A DNA stretch of 50,422 nt, filler included, from Jimgerdemannia flammicorona (Eukaryota), in assembly GCA_003990765.1 (NCBI GenBank). It is 2 parts of 2 records of this genome, joined end to end, with 100 filler letters (N's around TTAATTAATTAA, not from the genome) between each part and the next. Parts side by side here need not be neighbours in the genome. Positions count along the whole stretch, not along the records: positions 25,267 to 50,422 come from RBNJ01000873.1; 1 more part is not named here. The stretch is one strand, 5' to 3'. Shown here piece by piece: positions 45,850 to 50,422 of this stretch. Under the pieces are notes generated by a model, which saw nothing but the letters and a program-made list of their open reading frames with translations, had not been told where the DNA came from and did not search any database. The position numbers and the translations under genes are program-made. The stretch's first letter is position 1. Every line of letters starts with the position of its first letter.

Positions 45850-48800
45850 TTACTTTTATTACCAATTATCATCCAATCTATATTATATTAATATAAAGAT
45901 ACCAATGTCTCCTTCACCCAATTCCATGCAGATCCCCAACCCCTCTCTCTCTCTCCCTCTCCTGAGAGTCACTAACCTACCAGCAATCCCAACCCTCTCC
46001 CTGCTCTTCTTGCAAATACATTCTATAAGCCTCCTGCAGCCTCTTCCTCTAGGTCTCCACTCCCATTACCACCCATTCAAAATGTCCAACAATAATCACT
46101 CTCATCTCACAACCCTTATCCCAACTACTAGTTACTGACTATCCTCAAATATATAGAGCCAATGTCCAGCAAGCCCAACCCAAATGGCCAGAGCCTACCC
46201 TAAAGTCAGTCACTCATTTCCAACCCCTCCCACTAACCTATGCTGAAGATTATCTCACCTCCCCCCCTCTCCTTCCCTCAAAGGTTGTAGCCCTAGTTGG
46301 TCCTCAATAATCTACTAGTAATCTCTCAGAACCTTACACTTCCTAAGCCAATGCTCAGGGGTCTGCACCATGTCCCCTATTTGCCCAACATCCAGACACT
46401 CCTCATACTCCACTATACTCCCTTCTACCAAGTGTCCTGACTGGTAGTTCAGCATGATATTGTACCTCAAAATCTGCCACCATATCACCCAGAACTTAGG
46501 GGGGAGCCATCTTGCCACCTGCTTACACCAAGACCAGACCTCATTTCAGTCCTACTCTTTGCCAATCCCCACCCCCTGCCATGCTTCTGCTACAAATCCC
46601 TTCCATGCTCTTGTAGACATTCCATGCCATCTTCCAGCTGAAAATCCTCCACCAGTATACATCCTAATAGTAGGCAGTCCCATCTCTACATCTATGGCCC
46701 CCATTTCTCCTCCCCCTCACCACCCCTCTACTAGAGACTAATACAGTGGGTGCTATCTGCCAGAGAGATATACTGGCCTCCCCACCTCATGAGAACATTT
46801 CCCCAAGCTAGTAGCCACTGCTCTCATCAGTCTCAAGGCAGTAGGGAACTATATACCAAAAAATAAATCCCCAAGTAGCAGACTGCCTTACTAGCTGGGA
46901 CTACTATTTCAATTACATCACCTCCAACTATTCCTCTACCTAAAACCAGAGTCTCACACTTATGCCAATTGAGCCTAGCATCTGAACACCCCTCATACCA
47001 TTCCACTGCACTCCTCAGTGCCACCACATTTTCTACAGAGTCCAGCCCAACCACCATATCATCAGCAAAGGGCCCCACCTTCCAGTTCACTTTCAAAATG
47101 TTCAAACCTCTAACTTTGTATCAAATCCTGTCCAGCAAAGGCTCCAATGAGAGGGCATAGAGAATTGGCAACAGTGGATTGCCTTATGGCATACCTCTGT
47201 CCAGGGGAAAAGACTCTCTCCTGTACCCATTCACTATAATAGCTGCTCAACTCTCCTTCAGCAGACAAATCAATGATCTTCTGAACCCTTATGGGACCCC
47301 TATTCTCTTCAACACTCCCTCTAGCCACATATGTCAAACTCTGTCATATACCTTCTCTTGATCCAGAAGTATGATCAGCCTCCAGTTCTTCCAATTCTCT
47401 CTTCTCTCCTTGTCCTAATACAATAGAGATACAAGCCCCAGGTACTGTCCCCCAATCTAGGACCCTGAACTAATGACCTTGTCACACATCCACACCATCT
47501 CCTCTAAAACAACCTCAACACTGACCATCTTCTTCCAAAAATCCCAAGACAGCCCATTCTCCACAGGGGCTATCTCTATACTCATCATCACCAGGACCCA
47601 ACATACCTCCTCTTCACTCACCAGGACCCAACATACCTCCTCTTTACTCACCAGGCCTCCAAGTCCCTCCTCCTCACTCCACAGCTGCCCCCAGCGAGAC
47701 TGCAATAGGCCCAAGATCCCCAGTGTCCCAGTCATCATCTCTCCTGTCTTATCTAGCACTCCTTCCCACTGCTGCCTTATCCTCCTCACCTGTAGCAGTC
47801 TTGACAGAAATCTAGTAGACCATTCTTCCTCCTCTACACCCTGCCACCTCAGCTGAGCAGCCAGCCCTTTCATCTGCAATTCCTCCTCCTGTCTCAGCAG
47901 CCTCTTCAGTTCTTTCACCTCTCACTGGATCCTCTGAATCCTCCAATCTTCTATACCACAGTCCTCTAATAATCCAGCCCACCTCTCTAGTAAATTTGTC
48001 AGTCTCTGTGAGGCTCACCTAATATACTATCTCTACTGTACCCCCCTCCCTCTCTCTGTCTTACCTCAATACTTCTGAGCATCAGATTTCAACTGCTGCC
48101 AACAATCTCCAATCTCCAACCCCTGTGCCCTCCAGTTAACCACCTTAGTGCTAACCTCTACCATCTATTCTCCCCACAAGGCACTATCTCCCAGCAATGC
48201 AGTGTTTAGGTACCAATGTCTAGGCCCATCTTCACTACCCCCAAACTTCTCTCTGCCCAGCAATCCCCAGTGGTCAGACTAAGGGCACCAGATCATCTCA
48301 ACCTTGCTCCAGATATCTACACCCCAGCACTCAGCTATCAACACCCAGTCTATCTGGGATTCCAATCCTGCCACCCAGTGAGTATAGACCCTATGATGAG
48401 CCCACCCAAGTTGCCTGGTGTCTACCAAAGAACTCAGTCTCTCAACCTCCTCCCAGTCCTCCATCCCTCTACTCCTGCCTGTCATACCTCTCTCTCCATC
48501 AGTCCTGTCCAACCTACCATTCCATATCATATTAAAGTTACCCCCCAGATAGTCAATTCCCATATCTGCCAGAACACCAGCCTCTCACAGACTCTGGATC
48601 CACTTGCTCCCCTCTTTCCACCAGGCAATAGCATGATCCCACAGTCAGGGGACTCCAACCTGGCCTCCTCCACACTCCTTACACTAATCAGCTCTCCCAA
48701 TATCCAATGTCCCCAATGTCCCCCCCACTCCTTTCTGATCAGAATGTCTACCTGACCCTACCACACTGCTGTATTGCCCCATTCCCTCATCCAGTCCAGT

Positions 48801-50281
48801 AGGTCTAAGTCTACATCATAACCTACATCCTGCAATAAGAAAAGATCTGTATACAGCCCTTTCAACCAGCTAAAAAGATTCTGTTATCTTGTTGCCCCCC
48901 TCAGTCTATTGACATTCAAAGAAAAGATTTTAGTTGTACTATTCATAGTTAATAATGTTTTTTCAAAAAAGAGTACCCATCCTACAATTCTATACTCATT
49001 CTCTCACCCATAAGATCTAAGTTCCTTTCTGCTTCCAACTCATCTGCCTCCCCCTGCTGAGCCTCCAGTGCTGTCAAGATCTCCTGACAGTCCACCCCAT
49101 CCACAGCCTTCATCTCCAACCAGTACTCCTTGCACACCACCTACCACTTTTCCTGCCCCTTCCTTGGTCTCCACATATAGGCTGCATGATCATTTACAAT
49201 TGCCCTAGGCACTACCTCTCTGTCATCATCCACTTGATAGGCCTCAGTCTCCAGCAGGGCTGTCATAATCTCATTGCAGATTTTCCTTGACACCTCTTTG
49301 CCCTATAGGATTTCACCTCAGTGCCTCTTGCTTAGTACCCAAAAGTCCTCCCCTCTCAGCTCTTCTGCCACCACATTCTTCAGTATCTTCTACAGTCACT
49401 TCTCTTTATTTATAGCTTCCACAACTCTCTTGGCCACTCCCTCTACTCCCTCTGCCTGCCCTCTCTCAGTATTCCCCCTTGCTGACTCATTTCAATTCTC
49501 CTCCAGTATATCCTGCAGTTTCTCCTCACCTGTATCCCCCCCAGGCACTCCATACTGAGGGTACTCCCCCTTGACCATCTCTGCATCCTCCACAACCACA
49601 CTCACCCCTAAACCTCCTCCTACTCCCTGGGGTATTTCCAGGGCCACTCCTTCCTCCTCTGCCTAGGCACTCACTTGCAAACCAGTATCTCCAGTAGTGG
49701 ACCCCCCCACTATCCCCTCTTCTAACTTTACCAATAGCTCCTTTTGAATCTACCTCCCCTGCATTTTTTTCCAGAGAACCCAGTCTATCTGCACCTTCTT
49801 ACCATTGACCACCTCAATTACTGTTCTAGTCTCATACTCCTTCCAAGCCTTCTGCCTCCTCTCAACCACCCCCACTATATCCTCCAGCACCTCCAGCAAA
49901 TCCTCCTCCTCCTCCTATATCCTCATCACCCTCACCACCTTGTATTCCACAGGTCCCCACCTCAGCACTACTGGTCAATCCCTCTCTTTTCCAGTATTCT
50001 TCTTCTCTGCCAGCCTCACTCTGATATCCACATCTCCAGTCCTGAGCTCTGTCCCCTCCTAGACTCGAAATCCAACATTCACAATGTCTCTATACTCCTT
50101 GATTACATCAACAACCAGCTGTCTAGCCTTCTCCTTCTTGATAGTCAGCAAGTCAGTCACCATCAGTTGTACCACCCAGGGGTCCCAGCATATATACCTC
50201 ACTATTGGAACTGCCACTCCCCCAAATACCAGCCCTTTCTCCAATGTCTCCAACAATACCTCCTCCTCCTCAAAGCCTACC
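45850..50281 (-). mobile_element. Degenerate LINE (L1/Tx1-like): ORF1 remnant and ORF2 APE-RT starting at 48946
   Basis: APE: KIFSLNVNRL, FLLQD, LGGNFN, SQIDWVL. RT: LDQEKVYDRV, LYALSLEPLL, PFADD, YLGI. A-rich 3' end near 45850; 5' side interrupted by an LTR at 50282. Confidence 0.9.
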
Positions 50282-50422
50282 TGTTAGAGGGTTGCTTTTT
50301 AGGGTAACCGTTACGTAGTTCTGGAAGGGTTTTCTGGAAGTTCTGGATATTCTGGAAGACCGTTTTCCTATGGTCAAGATCAATTTCGTATGGAGTACGT
50401 CCTCTACGCTTATTGATTTCAA
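50282..50422 (-). mobile_element. End of a younger copy of the 31016-33086 LTR family, running off the window
   Basis: Reverse complement matches ~32946-33086; retains six CpGs that are lost in the other copy. Confidence 0.92.

Overview
Eukaryotic, almost certainly fungal DNA: short GT-AG introns, Ty3/Ty1/LINE/hAT elements and CpG-eroded repeats. An early-diverging Mucoromycota-type lineage is plausible, but that is inference. An artificial 100-nt spacer at 25167-25266 splits the window, so the halves may not be contiguous. Three intact-looking host genes: (1) a two-exon fungal NLR (NB-ARC + TPR, ~772 aa) whose exon 1, missed by the ORF track, encodes an amyloid-signalling-like motif and whose last ~151 aa are a ~60%-identical copy of (2) the adjacent 175-aa gene, which starts with a myristoylation-type MGNTSS; together they are a candidate integrated-decoy/guard immune module; (3) a three-exon ATP-grasp-like ligase/TauD dioxygenase fusion (~788 aa). 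The rest is nested, C-to-T-eroded mobile DNA. It includes a Gypsy-like relic holding a 12.6-kb hAT (itself holding a MITE and a dUTPase-bearing Gypsy) and a younger Copia, an LRR relic with one 84-nt exon per repeat, two solo LTRs, an ankyrin pseudogene split by a dUTPase-bearing chromovirus, and a LINE. Two different LTR families appear to carry a homologous unknown accessory ORF.
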